DNA of 64,000 bases, taken from an uncultured Planctomycetia bacterium. GTDB lineage: Bacteria; Omnitrophota; Gorgyraeia; 2-02-FULL-51-18; JAGOUK01. Location: NCBI GenBank assembly GCA_964430735.1, contig CAYSFB010000010.1, forward strand, positions 5,239-69,238. Reading direction: 5' to 3'. The notes under the pieces are model-generated. The model ran no database searches and was not told the origin of the DNA. It worked only from the letters and a program-made list of their open reading frames with translations. Below are positions 1-8,760 of the stretch, piece by piece; the first letter of the stretch is position 1; each line of letters starts with the position of its first letter. The position numbers and the translations under genes are program-made.

Positions 1-720
1 CGACAGGAAGCGCTTGTAGTGCTGAAGGGCTTCCGGACGGTTGCCGAGGTACTCGTCATTGACGACGGCCAGGTTGTAGTGGGCGTCGGCGTCTTTGGGC
101 TGGTACATGATGGCTTTTTTGTACTCTTCAACCGCCGGACCATACTCCCGGTTGCGGAAGTAGAAGTTGCCGACATTGTAGTGGAGCTTGCCGGCTTCGA
201 CGACAACAGCGGACTCTTCCTTGGCGGCGAGTTCCTGCTGAAGGACCGAAGCGGTTTCTTTGTACACAGCGATTTCGTTTCGGAGGTCGGCCAGACGAGC
301 CTCGTAGACCGCTTTTTCGTCCGAGGACAGGGCGGCGGGAACGATCTGCGTCTTCAGGTCGATGTTTTCGCGGCTCAGCGACTCGATTTTTTCACCCATT
401 TTCTTCATTTCGGCGGTCATCTGGGCGCGGTATTCGTCGAACGCCTTCACCGAGGTGCGCACCTGGTTGAGGATGATGTTCTTCTCGCTGTCGAACTGGG
501 CGGCCTGGGCTTTGAGCTGGGCATTCTCGCCCTCGAGCTGGCTTTTTTGCCGCGCGAGCGTGGCGTACTCGTCCCCGGACGGAGCGGCCTGGGCTTCCGC
601 GGCGATCGCGAGACCGGAGGTTTCGTTGGCGGACTGATAGACGTAGCCGCCGGCCGCAACCACAGCGATGACAAACGCTGCGAGCGTGATTTCAAAGGCT
701 CCTTTGGACGAGTGGCTCAT
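1..720 (-). CDS. Periplasmic TPR plus coiled-coil protein (CpoB/YbgF-like architecture); C-terminus cut by window edge
   Basis: My reverse-strand translation from ATG at 720 gives MSHSSKGAFEITLAAFVIAVVAAGGYVYQ (signal/anchor), then a heptad-rich coiled coil, then TPR-like ...HYNVGNFYFRNREYGPAVEEYKKAIMYQPKDADAHYNLAVV... An AGGAAAGG SD lies 6 nt upstream. It is absent from the ORF track only because there is no stop codon inside the window. The plus-strand ORF 19..756 is its antisense artefact. Confidence 0.6.
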   Translation of the reverse strand, partial: MSHSSKGAFEITLAAFVIAVVAAGGYVYQSANETSGLAIAAEAQAAPSGDEYATLARQKSQLEGENAQLKAQAAQFDSEKNIILNQVRTSVKAFDEYRAQMTAEMKKMGEKIESLSRENIDLKTQIVPAALSSDEKAVYEARLADLRNEIAVYKETASVLQQELAAKEESAVVVEAGKLHYNVGNFYFRNREYGPAVEEYKKAIMYQPKDADAHYNLAVVNDEYLGNRPEALQHYKRFLS

Positions 721-752
721 ATGTTCACCTTTCCTTCTCATGTGGTTAAACC

Positions 753-2372
753 TTAAATAATTCCCTGGTAGTTTTTGTCGGGCAGGATGGGTTGATGCTG
801 ATCGGCTGTGCTCTTGTCTCCGGTGATGATGTGCGGAGTCAGGAAAATCGCGATCTCGGTGTCTTCAAGCGTGTTCGACTTGCTCTTGAACAGTTTGCCG
901 AGGAGCGGCAGCTTGGAAAGACCGGGGACACCGCGGTCAGTGGCGGTGTTGGTGAGCTGTTTCAGACCGCCGATGATGACCGTGTAACCGTCCTTGACGA
1001 GAATGGTGGACTCAACGAACGTCGTGTTGATCTGGGGGATTTCGGCGCCTTGAGGCGTCGTGATCGTCGTGGTCTGGGAAGAAATTTCGGGACGGATCTT
1101 GAGGAGAACCCAGCCCTCTTCGTTGATGGTCGGCGTCACGTTCAGCTTGATGCCGACGTCGATGAAGTTGATTTCTTCGCTGACGGTCGCCGTATCACCG
1201 GTACCGGTGGTGGTCGACGTGACGTACGGGATCGTGTCGCCGATGTGAATCTGAGCTTCTTCGTTGTTGGTAACCATGAGGCGCGGAGAAGCGATCGTAC
1301 GGGTGTCTTCAACCTGCTCGAGCGCCTGGATCTGCACCTGGAGGAGTGATGGATCGCTCAACCCGTAAGAAATCGCCGTCAAAGCGCCGGCCGTGGAAGC
1401 GGACGTGGCGATCGGGAAGGCCTGGCTGACGTTGAAGTCCCGGGCTGTACCGCTGCCCGAACGGCCGAACGGATTGGACCAGTTGATGCCGTAGTGATAT
1501 TCGGGATTCAGGATGAGCTTCAGGATGCGGACTTCGATGAGGACGGCCTTGATGGGCTTGTCGAGGTCCTTCAGGATGCGCTGCACTTCGTTGATGCGTT
1601 CCTGGGAACCGCTGATCAGAAGCTGGTTGGAGCGTTCGTCGGCCTGGATGGATCCGAGCGCCTTGGCGTCGAGACGCGACTTGAGCGCGGCGGCGACGTC
1701 GACGGCCTTGGCGTGCTGCAACTGATAAACCTTGGAATCGCGCGCCCGGTCGATCTGGTCGATGGTCCGCATGATGAGGTCCAGGTTCTGAGGGGTGTCC
1801 ACGACTACGACCGAACCGGAATCTTCGTCGATGACGATTTTGCCGAGGTTGGACTTGAGGCTGTCGAGCGCGGCCAGCACGTAGCTGGGCTTGGCGTATT
1901 TCAGATTGACGATGCGAACCTGGGTGACGTCGCTGAACTTCTTGCCGAAGGTGACCAGGTAATCTTCTTCCGTCATCACATAAACGATGTCGCCGATCGG
2001 CTGATAGGCAAGACGGTTGGTCTTGAGAACGACTTCGAGCGCGTCAATGATGGAAACGCTTTTCATGATGAGGGTTACGCGGCCGCTGATGCGGTTGTCC
2101 ATCGCCAGGTTGAAGTCGCCTTTCATAGAAAGGAACTTCAGAACGTCGACGATGTCCATGTCCCGAAGATCGAGTGAGATCTTCTTGGTGAGCGCTTCTT
2201 TAAGAGAAACGCTCGGACCTTCGCCGGCCTGGGCCGCCTGCGCGGCGAGCGCGCCGGCCGATGCGACCGTTTCGCCAACGGCAGACGCCGCCGGGGCGAA
2301 GAGACACATGGAAAGGAAGACCGCGGAGGTCATCACGAATGCGATGGATTTTTTCAAGTTATTCCAATTCAA
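753..2372 (-). CDS. Secretin (GspD/PilQ family outer-membrane channel)
   Basis: 539 aa. It has an N-terminal signal peptide (MNWNNLKKSIAFVMTSAVFLSMCLFAPAASA), repeated secretin N-domains and a C-terminal secretin domain with the hallmark motif GVPGLSKLPLLGKLF. Confidence 0.85.
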   Translation of the reverse strand: MNWNNLKKSIAFVMTSAVFLSMCLFAPAASAVGETVASAGALAAQAAQAGEGPSVSLKEALTKKISLDLRDMDIVDVLKFLSMKGDFNLAMDNRISGRVTLIMKSVSIIDALEVVLKTNRLAYQPIGDIVYVMTEEDYLVTFGKKFSDVTQVRIVNLKYAKPSYVLAALDSLKSNLGKIVIDEDSGSVVVVDTPQNLDLIMRTIDQIDRARDSKVYQLQHAKAVDVAAALKSRLDAKALGSIQADERSNQLLISGSQERINEVQRILKDLDKPIKAVLIEVRILKLILNPEYHYGINWSNPFGRSGSGTARDFNVSQAFPIATSASTAGALTAISYGLSDPSLLQVQIQALEQVEDTRTIASPRLMVTNNEEAQIHIGDTIPYVTSTTTGTGDTATVSEEINFIDVGIKLNVTPTINEEGWVLLKIRPEISSQTTTITTPQGAEIPQINTTFVESTILVKDGYTVIIGGLKQLTNTATDRGVPGLSKLPLLGKLFKSKSNTLEDTEIAIFLTPHIITGDKSTADQHQPILPDKNYQGII

Positions 2373-2952
2373 CGGCTTTTCCCCCGATTTTCACAATGAC
2401 TTTGTCTTCCAAGATCCGTTCCAATTCCAGCCCCTCAACGGGCTGACCGTACTGCAAAAAGTAAGTGAGTTTGGTCTGAGAGTTTTCGATCATCACGTAG
2501 GTTTCGGCGGCGTCTTTGGACTCAGAGATGCCGACCAGTTTGTAAGTGCTGGCTGCGCCCGAGCTTGCGGCACCGGCTGCTTCGACGACCGCTCCGGCCG
2601 GTTGAAAAATATTCCGGTTGTCCAACGCGGCGTCGATCACGGACGAGCGGATCGGCTGCACGTCGACCTGAGTCTGAACGGCGGCGGCTTTGGTTTCGAG
2701 CTGACGGATATGCGCGCCAACGCCGATCAGTTTGACAGCACCGCCCGCAATCGTGATCACAAAATACGCCAGCGCCAAAGCAGCCAGAACCCCCAACACC
2801 CGATTGACCAACTTCAGCGAAAGACCTCCGGCGGGCAGCAGCGCGAGCTTTTTGCCGGTCGGAGCTGAGGTTTCTTGAATTATATTTTCGGCTGTTTCGG
2901 CCATGTTTTTTATTTCAAATCCAGCGTTAGTGTTAACTGTAAGTCGGTTCAA
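2359..2952 (-). CDS. PilP/GspC-like secretin-associated inner-membrane protein
   Basis: 197 aa with a short cytoplasmic N-terminus, one TM helix (LGVLAALALAYFVITIAGGAV), an Ala/Ser-rich linker and a C-terminal beta-rich domain. It overlaps the secretin start by 14 nt. This is the usual position of PilP/GspC-type secretin partners. The family assignment is tentative. Confidence 0.4.
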   Translation of the reverse strand: MNRLTVNTNAGFEIKNMAETAENIIQETSAPTGKKLALLPAGGLSLKLVNRVLGVLAALALAYFVITIAGGAVKLIGVGAHIRQLETKAAAVQTQVDVQPIRSSVIDAALDNRNIFQPAGAVVEAAGAASSGAASTYKLVGISESKDAAETYVMIENSQTKLTYFLQYGQPVEGLELERILEDKVIVKIGGKAVELE

Positions 2953-2994
2953 ACGCTAAGGGACAACTCAACGAATTTAACCGAATACAGGCAG

Positions 2995-3022
2995 AATATA
3001 ACACGCTTACAAAATCTTGTAA
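2995..3022 (-). promoter_or_regulatory. Candidate sigma70-type promoter for the pilP-like/secretin/TPR unit
   Basis: Lies in the only sizeable AT-rich gap (2953-3096) of the left 20 kb. Minus strand reads TTACAA-N16-TGtTATATT, an extended -10, about 40 nt upstream of the 2952 start. Confidence 0.25.
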
Positions 3023-3096
3023 ATCAAAATAATACGATTACCCAAAACTTAATGCGGACTTAAGCAACCTTGACAGGGTTCTGCAGACCGGATCAG

Positions 3097-3266
3097 CGTG
3101 TTGTCGAAGTGGCTGATGCGCCGATAATTCGATTGGCATCATTAACCGGCTTGGGCTTCTTATAATGGGCCATGATGACCACGGTTACGATGGTAAGGTA
3201 GACCAAAAAGCTTATTGCGATCACCACAAAGATCCCGGGAAATTGTTTCTTGGCGGGCTTTGCCAT
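3097..3266 (-). CDS. Small (57 aa) single-pass membrane protein, not in ORF track because it is under 60 aa
   Basis: My translation: MAKPAKKQFPGIFVVIAISFLVYLTIVTVVIMAHYKKPKPVNDANRIIGASATSTTR. A GAGGAG SD lies 6 nt upstream. The ATG sits 12 nt after the stop of the upstream GT2 gene. Layout is basic N-terminus, one TM helix, basic C-terminus. Confidence 0.4.
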
Positions 3267-3278
3267 CTGAATCTCCTC

Positions 3279-4223
3279 TTACTCCCCTTCTCCGCTTCGA
3301 ATCACATAGGTCTTTTTTCGCTGGACTTCGTGATAGGTTCGCATATTCATTTCGGCTACAAGACCTATCAGAACTAATTGTACTGCAATGATTTGCATAA
3401 AAGTAAATAGATAAAATAGTGGGTTTCCGGTGAGGGTGCGGCCTTCTGCGATTTTCATCACGATGGCCGCGAAGCAGATGATCCAGCCGACAAACGAGGA
3501 CATCAGGCCGAATTTGCCGAAAAACTGAATGGGGCTGGCCGAATAGCTCAGCAGGAATTTGACCGTGATCAGATCCAAAAAGACCCGCCAAATCCGGTTC
3601 AGGCCGTATTTGGATTTGCCGAATTTGCGGGGGTGGTGGAGCACGGGGACTTCGATGAGCCGCACGCCCATCCAGCTGGCCAGTGCCGGGATAAAGCGGT
3701 GCATTTCGCCGTACAGGTGCAGCCCTTTTGCGATTTCGGAGCGGTAGGCCTTGAGGGTGCAGCCGGAATCGCGGAGACGGATCCCGGTGACGCGACCGAT
3801 GATCCAGTTGGCGACATACGACGGAAAGTTGCGGATCGCCGAGTCCTGCCGCTTCTGGCGCCAGCCGCTGACGAGGTCATATCCTTCTTCGATTTTGGCG
3901 ACGAGCATCGGGATGTCGGCCGGGTCGTTCTGGAGGTCCGCGTCCAGCGTGATGATGATTTTGCCTTGGGCGTGGTCGAATCCGGCGGAGAGCGCGGCCG
4001 TTTGACCGAAGTTGCGGCGGAAATACACCGGCTTGTGATGAGAGTCGGCGGCGGCGATCTGCTTCATCACCTGCGCCGAGCGGTCGGTGCTTCCGTCATC
4101 CACCAGAATGCACTCATACGCATCCGAATAACCGGACATCACCTTGCGGATGGCGTCGGCTAAAAGGGGCAGGTTGGTTTCTTCGTTGTAGACGGGTACG
4201 ACGATGGATATTTTGGGAATCAT
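3279..4223 (-). CDS. GT2 polyprenyl-phosphate glycosyltransferase (DPM1/ArnC/GtrB-like) with C-terminal TM helices
   Basis: SIVVPVYNEETNLPLL...ILVDDGSTDRS...ITLDADLQNDP...GWRQKRQDS. These are canonical GT2 DxD/QxxRW-type motifs, followed by two C-terminal TM helices as in ArnC/GtrB. Confidence 0.8.
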   Translation of the reverse strand: MIPKISIVVPVYNEETNLPLLADAIRKVMSGYSDAYECILVDDGSTDRSAQVMKQIAAADSHHKPVYFRRNFGQTAALSAGFDHAQGKIIITLDADLQNDPADIPMLVAKIEEGYDLVSGWRQKRQDSAIRNFPSYVANWIIGRVTGIRLRDSGCTLKAYRSEIAKGLHLYGEMHRFIPALASWMGVRLIEVPVLHHPRKFGKSKYGLNRIWRVFLDLITVKFLLSYSASPIQFFGKFGLMSSFVGWIICFAAIVMKIAEGRTLTGNPLFYLFTFMQIIAVQLVLIGLVAEMNMRTYHEVQRKKTYVIRSGEGE

Positions 4224-4229
4224 ATTTTT

Positions 4230-5201
4230 CTAAACAATATCACAAACGTCCGCAGCCGCCCAGTCTTTGAAGGCCTGGTCGATGCTGCGGGGACGGATTC
4301 CGAAGGCGCGGATCGCCGGTTCGGGGTCGCGCGTGACGGCGTCATAGATATTCGCGTATTGCGCGGGGCCCCAGCCGGCGCCCGGTACGCGGCCGAACAC
4401 GGCGGCGGCCGTCCGCCAAACGAACTGGGGAATCGGGATGAAGAGCCGGCGCCAGCCGCGGCTTGCGGCGATCTTCCGCGCGAGCGTGTTGAGGTCCGCC
4501 GCTTCGGACCCGGCGATGGTGAACGTACCGGTGACACGCCGGCGCAGCGCTGTGACCGCCATCGGAACGAAGTCGTCGATATAAATCGGCTGAACCCGGG
4601 CCTTGAGGCCGCCGAACAGCGGAAACACCGGCAGGCGCCTCACCGTATCGGCCACGCGCCCCAGCCCGTGATGATCCCCCGGCCCGTAAACGAAGCACGG
4701 GTTCAGGATCAAATGGTTCTTGAGCTTCCGGACCGCCGCTTCGGCGCGGCGCTTGGATTCGGGATACGCGTCGGTGAGGTCCAGTCGCAGCGCGTTCTCG
4801 CTGCTGAGATAAATAAAGTATTCCATGCCGCGCGACGCGTACTCAGCGGCGAGCTGCTCGGTGACGCCGGCGTTGACGGCGAAGATCTCGTCGGGCTTCG
4901 CGGTGCGCAGGCATGCTGCGGCATGAATGATGATGTTCACACCTTCACAGGCGGCTGCGAGCGCGGCGCGGTCGCGCAGATCCATCGGAACGATTTCGAT
5001 GTTGGGGTGTTTGGGAACGCGGGAGACGGATCCGGGACGGACGGGACAGCGCAGCCGGCAGTCGGGAGCGAGCGCGCGGGCGAGATGCGAGCCGATGAAG
5101 CCGGACGCGCCGGTCAGCAGGATCAGCGGCCGGTCCACAAGCGGAATCGCAGCGAAAAAATCTCCCGGAGCATGTGGAACACCAGCCCCGGCTTGAGGCA
5201 T
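4230..5201 (-). CDS. NAD-dependent epimerase/dehydratase (SDR family)
   Basis: Rossmann motif LILLTGASGFIGSHLARAL. The ORF-track start overlaps the upstream gene by 79 nt. The true start may be the GTG near 5138 (LVDRPLILLTG). Confidence 0.75.
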   Translation of the reverse strand: MPQAGAGVPHAPGDFFAAIPLVDRPLILLTGASGFIGSHLARALAPDCRLRCPVRPGSVSRVPKHPNIEIVPMDLRDRAALAAACEGVNIIIHAAACLRTAKPDEIFAVNAGVTEQLAAEYASRGMEYFIYLSSENALRLDLTDAYPESKRRAEAAVRKLKNHLILNPCFVYGPGDHHGLGRVADTVRRLPVFPLFGGLKARVQPIYIDDFVPMAVTALRRRVTGTFTIAGSEAADLNTLARKIAASRGWRRLFIPIPQFVWRTAAAVFGRVPGAGWGPAQYANIYDAVTRDPEPAIRAFGIRPRSIDQAFKDWAAADVCDIV

Positions 5202-5833
5202 TGCGACGTGCCGAAGCGGCGGTTGTAATGATGCACGCCGACCTGGCGGATGGAGGTGAGCTTTTTGGCGCGGACGAGGAGCTCGGCATCGACGAGGCCG
5301 CCGCAGGTCGCGAACGAAATTTTTTCCAACACCGTGCGGCGGATGAGCTTGAAGCTGCAGTCGATGTCCCTAAACGTGAGGCCGAGCAGAAAGAACGCGA
5401 GGATATGGAAGCAGCGGCTCGTGAACCAGCGCGAAAAACCCTCGGCGCGGTTCAGCCGATAGCCGATCACGAGGCCGTGGTCCTTCGCGTGCGGCGCGAG
5501 AAGCGCCAGCTCCGCGACGTCGTACTGCATGTCGCCGTCGGTGTAAAAAACGTAATCCATGCGTGCGGCACGATAACCGCTCTTCATCGCCTCGCCGACG
5601 CCTTTGTTGACCGGGTGGTGGATGACGCGCACGCGGCCCGGATGAGCGGCGACCAGACGATCGGCGATCTCGCCGGTGCGGTCGGGACTGGCGTCGTCGA
5701 CGATGATGACCTCGTAATCGTCGGCAAGTGTCGCGGCGACTTCGAGCATTTTGAGCGTGAGCGGCTCGACCGTTCCCTCGTCGTGATACGCGGGAAAAAA
5801 CAGGCTCAGGCTGGTCAGCGGTTTGGACGGCAT
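5123..5833 (-). CDS. GT2 polyprenyl-phosphate sugar synthase (DPM1-like)
   Basis: LFFPAYHDEGTVEPL...IIVDDASPDRTGEIA...YTDGDMQYD. It is soluble and DPM1-like, and immediately precedes three GT-C genes. Confidence 0.8.
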   Translation of the reverse strand: MPSKPLTSLSLFFPAYHDEGTVEPLTLKMLEVAATLADDYEVIIVDDASPDRTGEIADRLVAAHPGRVRVIHHPVNKGVGEAMKSGYRAARMDYVFYTDGDMQYDVAELALLAPHAKDHGLVIGYRLNRAEGFSRWFTSRCFHILAFFLLGLTFRDIDCSFKLIRRTVLEKISFATCGGLVDAELLVRAKKLTSIRQVGVHHYNRRFGTSQCLKPGLVFHMLREIFSLRFRLWTGR

Positions 5834-5834
5834 A

Positions 5835-7283
5835 TTAGTTCCAGGGTGCGGTGATCAGATTTTTTTGTTCCCACAGCACGGGCATCACCGTGCGGACCGA
5901 GTGCGCAGCCGACGCGGCCAGGATCAGCGCGACGATTCCGACGGACAGGAAACGGTGCGCCATGATCCCGGACAGGCGGCGCTCCAGACGGACGATCATC
6001 CAGCCGGACAGGGCCGCCAGCGCTGGATAAATCATGTGCAAATACCGATACTCACCGGTCCGATGAGTTAAAAAATACCCGGCTCCGAAGGTGATCCAGC
6101 ACCATAAGAACACCGGGCGGTCATCGAACGGCTTTTGACTCCAAGCGGCAAGGCCATTTTTCAACCCGTCCTTGACCGTGAGGTAAGCTGCGGCAAAAGC
6201 CCAGCAAATCGCAACCGTACCAACTGAATAATATATTACTCCATGAGGCTGACTCAAAAGCACCTGATACCAATCCCCGATATTGGCGAAACCTCCGACA
6301 GATGCAATCTCGCGCCCCTTCAACATCCGATCTGTGATCACGGGCTGCGCCAGAGGGTTCCCGTAACAACTGTACATGGTCCAAAACCAGTGGGCCGTCA
6401 TCGCAGCGGCGGTAGCGGCAAATGCCCACCACCGTCTGTCCGCGAGCATGCGAACCCAGGATTTTTTCTCCGCACGCATCATCAACATAGAATAAAATGC
6501 AAGCGCGCCGGCCGCCAATAGTGACTTTTGACTGGTCAGCACCGATCCTCCGTAAAGCACCCCGGCCGCCCCGCATAACCACCACCGACCTGATTTGAAG
6601 CCCGCCCGATAAAGAATCATCGCCGGCAAAAGCAGTAGAAGAGCCAAGTCTTCCGTCCACACGCGGTACGACGTTAAAATCGAAACAGGATTAGTCGCAA
6701 AAATAAAGGCGGCCACCAGCGCCGCCACATTCCCGAATAAAGCTCGGGTCCAGAAAAAAATCAGCGTTAAAATCAAAAGACTGGACGCAAAAGGAATGAT
6801 CGCAGCCCAGAATTGGGCTTTGAGCAGAATCGCAGGCCTGGTGTCCAGGACCTCCTTTCCAAGGTTGCTTTTTACGACCGCAAACGTCCGATCGGCCGAA
6901 CCAAAAATTCTTTGGGACAAAGCAAGCGCCTGCGGCAGCATCGGGGATTTATAAAAAATCGGAGTATCGTAATACGCCAGTCCGTTCTCATAATAAGTGT
7001 CCAGGACAAATCCGCGCTGCCCCTCTACCCGGTAGGGATAGATAATTTCGGCTGGCGGACGGCCGTCAATACGAAGAACTTCCGTATTAATCCCTTTAAG
7101 ATTGTAGTCTTCGTATCCGGCCGCGCGACTCGTCTGCAGCTTCATCGCGAGCATGACGTACTGGCTCTGGTCGCCCTGCCAGTGCGGCAGCCAGAACGTG
7201 AACTGGCGGACGTAGAACGCGCCGGCGAAGATGAGGGCGAAGAGCAGCGCCGAGCCGATCGTTTTGTTTTTCAGGTCGATCAT
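5835..7283 (-). CDS. ArnT/PMT-like GT-C membrane glycosyltransferase (paralog A)
   Basis: 482 aa multi-pass. Loop 1 after TM1 reads LPHWQGDQSQYVMLAMKL. This aligns with the ArnT WQPDETRYAEISREML acidic loop. Confidence 0.6.
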   Translation of the reverse strand: MIDLKNKTIGSALLFALIFAGAFYVRQFTFWLPHWQGDQSQYVMLAMKLQTSRAAGYEDYNLKGINTEVLRIDGRPPAEIIYPYRVEGQRGFVLDTYYENGLAYYDTPIFYKSPMLPQALALSQRIFGSADRTFAVVKSNLGKEVLDTRPAILLKAQFWAAIIPFASSLLILTLIFFWTRALFGNVAALVAAFIFATNPVSILTSYRVWTEDLALLLLLPAMILYRAGFKSGRWWLCGAAGVLYGGSVLTSQKSLLAAGALAFYSMLMMRAEKKSWVRMLADRRWWAFAATAAAMTAHWFWTMYSCYGNPLAQPVITDRMLKGREIASVGGFANIGDWYQVLLSQPHGVIYYSVGTVAICWAFAAAYLTVKDGLKNGLAAWSQKPFDDRPVFLWCWITFGAGYFLTHRTGEYRYLHMIYPALAALSGWMIVRLERRLSGIMAHRFLSVGIVALILAASAAHSVRTVMPVLWEQKNLITAPWN

Positions 7284-7298
7284 CGTTGGGGTCCGTCG

Positions 7299-8760
7299 TT
7301 AAAAAAGCATTTGGTCGGCAAAAATCTTGGGGTACGCGAGCCAGGCCCCCCAAGCGGCGCAGGCCAGGGCTATTAAGCCGATTATCATGCCACCGGCCCG
7401 GCGGTTTTGTAAAAATCTTTCGAGACCGACCGCGGCGAGGATCGCCAGGGCCGGGTAGGCGGGATAAAAGTAACGGTGCTCCTGGTTGCCGGTGATGAAA
7501 AGGTTGTTCAGATTCGCGATGCAGAGAAAAAATACCGAGGGCCAGATCCAGAGCAGAACCAGGCTCCTGGTCCGGGAGTCCTTCAGGCGGCCGATGATGC
7601 CGGACCACGCTTGATTCCAAGTTGCGGCCGCAAAGCCAAACAACGGGCACAGAAAAACCGCGCCGAGAGAAAAAAGGATCGAAGGGTGAGGCCGCGAATG
7701 CACGGCCGCGAACCAGCCCGTCACGTCGCTCCCGAGGGCCGTCGTCATCCCCTGGACAGGCTGATACAGCGGATGCCCATACGTTTGGATCACTTTCCAG
7801 AACCAGAAGCCGGTCACCGCCAGAAAAGCGGCGCCGAGCAGCCAGAAGAAGGGATCCAAAATAATTTTGATCGTCCGGGATACGACGCCGGCCGCGCGGC
7901 CGGTTTTGCGGCCGTCGTCCCCGTCCTGCCAGAGGCACAGCGCGGCAAATCCTCCCAAGGCGGGCAGAATAAGACCGGTTCTTTGGTTGACCAGGACCGC
8001 CGCTCCGGCCATTGCGCCCGCGGCGAGGCCTGCCAGGGCGCGGTTCCGCTTCCACAGCAGCGCCAGCGACGCAACCGAGGCCGTCACAAAAAATGCGGCC
8101 GTGTCTTCAGTCAGGATCTTGTGGGCCAGCCAAATCGAAACGGGGTTCACCGCCAGAACGGCCGCACTCAGAACCGTGATTGGACGCGAGCCGAAAAGAA
8201 GCCACGCCAATACGGCGGTCAAAAAAATGAGGCTTAGGTTGAAGGTCAAAGGAACCAGCGCGGCCCACAGTTGATGACGCCAGATTTTCCAGGACTCGGC
8301 TGCATGCGCGAACGTCTTCGGGCCGTAGGAGAGCACTGCGAATACCGGAGTGTCGGTCTTTTGACCGAAGGCGGTCGATCCGACGAATATTTTGTGCGAA
8401 AGAGCGAGGATCGCCGGATACAGCGGCGCGCGCACGTGGAGCGGTTCGTCGTAATAGGATTGGCCGATGCTTTTCATGAGCGCCAGATAAGCTCCGGGCG
8501 AGTCGTCGGCGCCAGGCTTCACCGCATTGAACTCCATATGATTCTCTTTGGACGGACTCACGTCCAAGCGGCCCAGCGACACCGAGCGGAGGTTGTAACC
8601 GTCGAGTCCGGCATGCGAGAGCTTCATCGCCAGAATCACATACTGCGCCTGATCCCCCCGCCAATGCGGAAGCCATAACGCGCAGATCCGCAGCCCCAGC
8701 GCCGCCAGCAACACGAGCAACACGGCTGCGATCGGGAAGCGGCTCACGCTATTCTCCATT
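7299..8760 (-). CDS. ArnT/PMT-like GT-C membrane glycosyltransferase (paralog B)
   Basis: Carries the same loop-1 motif, LPHWRGDQAQYVILAMKL. The track ORF (to 8819) begins at a TTG. An internal ATG (MENSVSRFPIAAVLL) at about 8760 gives an N-terminus matching paralog A and a 16-nt overlap with the next gene. Confidence 0.55.

Noticed and set aside
19-756. 245-aa plus-strand ORF (MLKGFRTVAEVLVIDDGQVVVGVGV...)
   Set aside because: It is the antisense of the real minus-strand TPR/coiled-coil gene. The amino-acid composition is low-complexity Val/Gly/Asp, typical of reverse-frame reading of GC-rich coding sequence.
7096-8274. Arg/Gly/Pro-rich ORFs on both strands (319 aa minus strand, 253 aa and 135 aa plus strand) resembling nucleic-acid-binding or low-complexity proteins
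   Set aside because: They are out-of-frame or antisense to GT-C paralog B. The composition is explained by the GC-rich codon third positions of the real gene.
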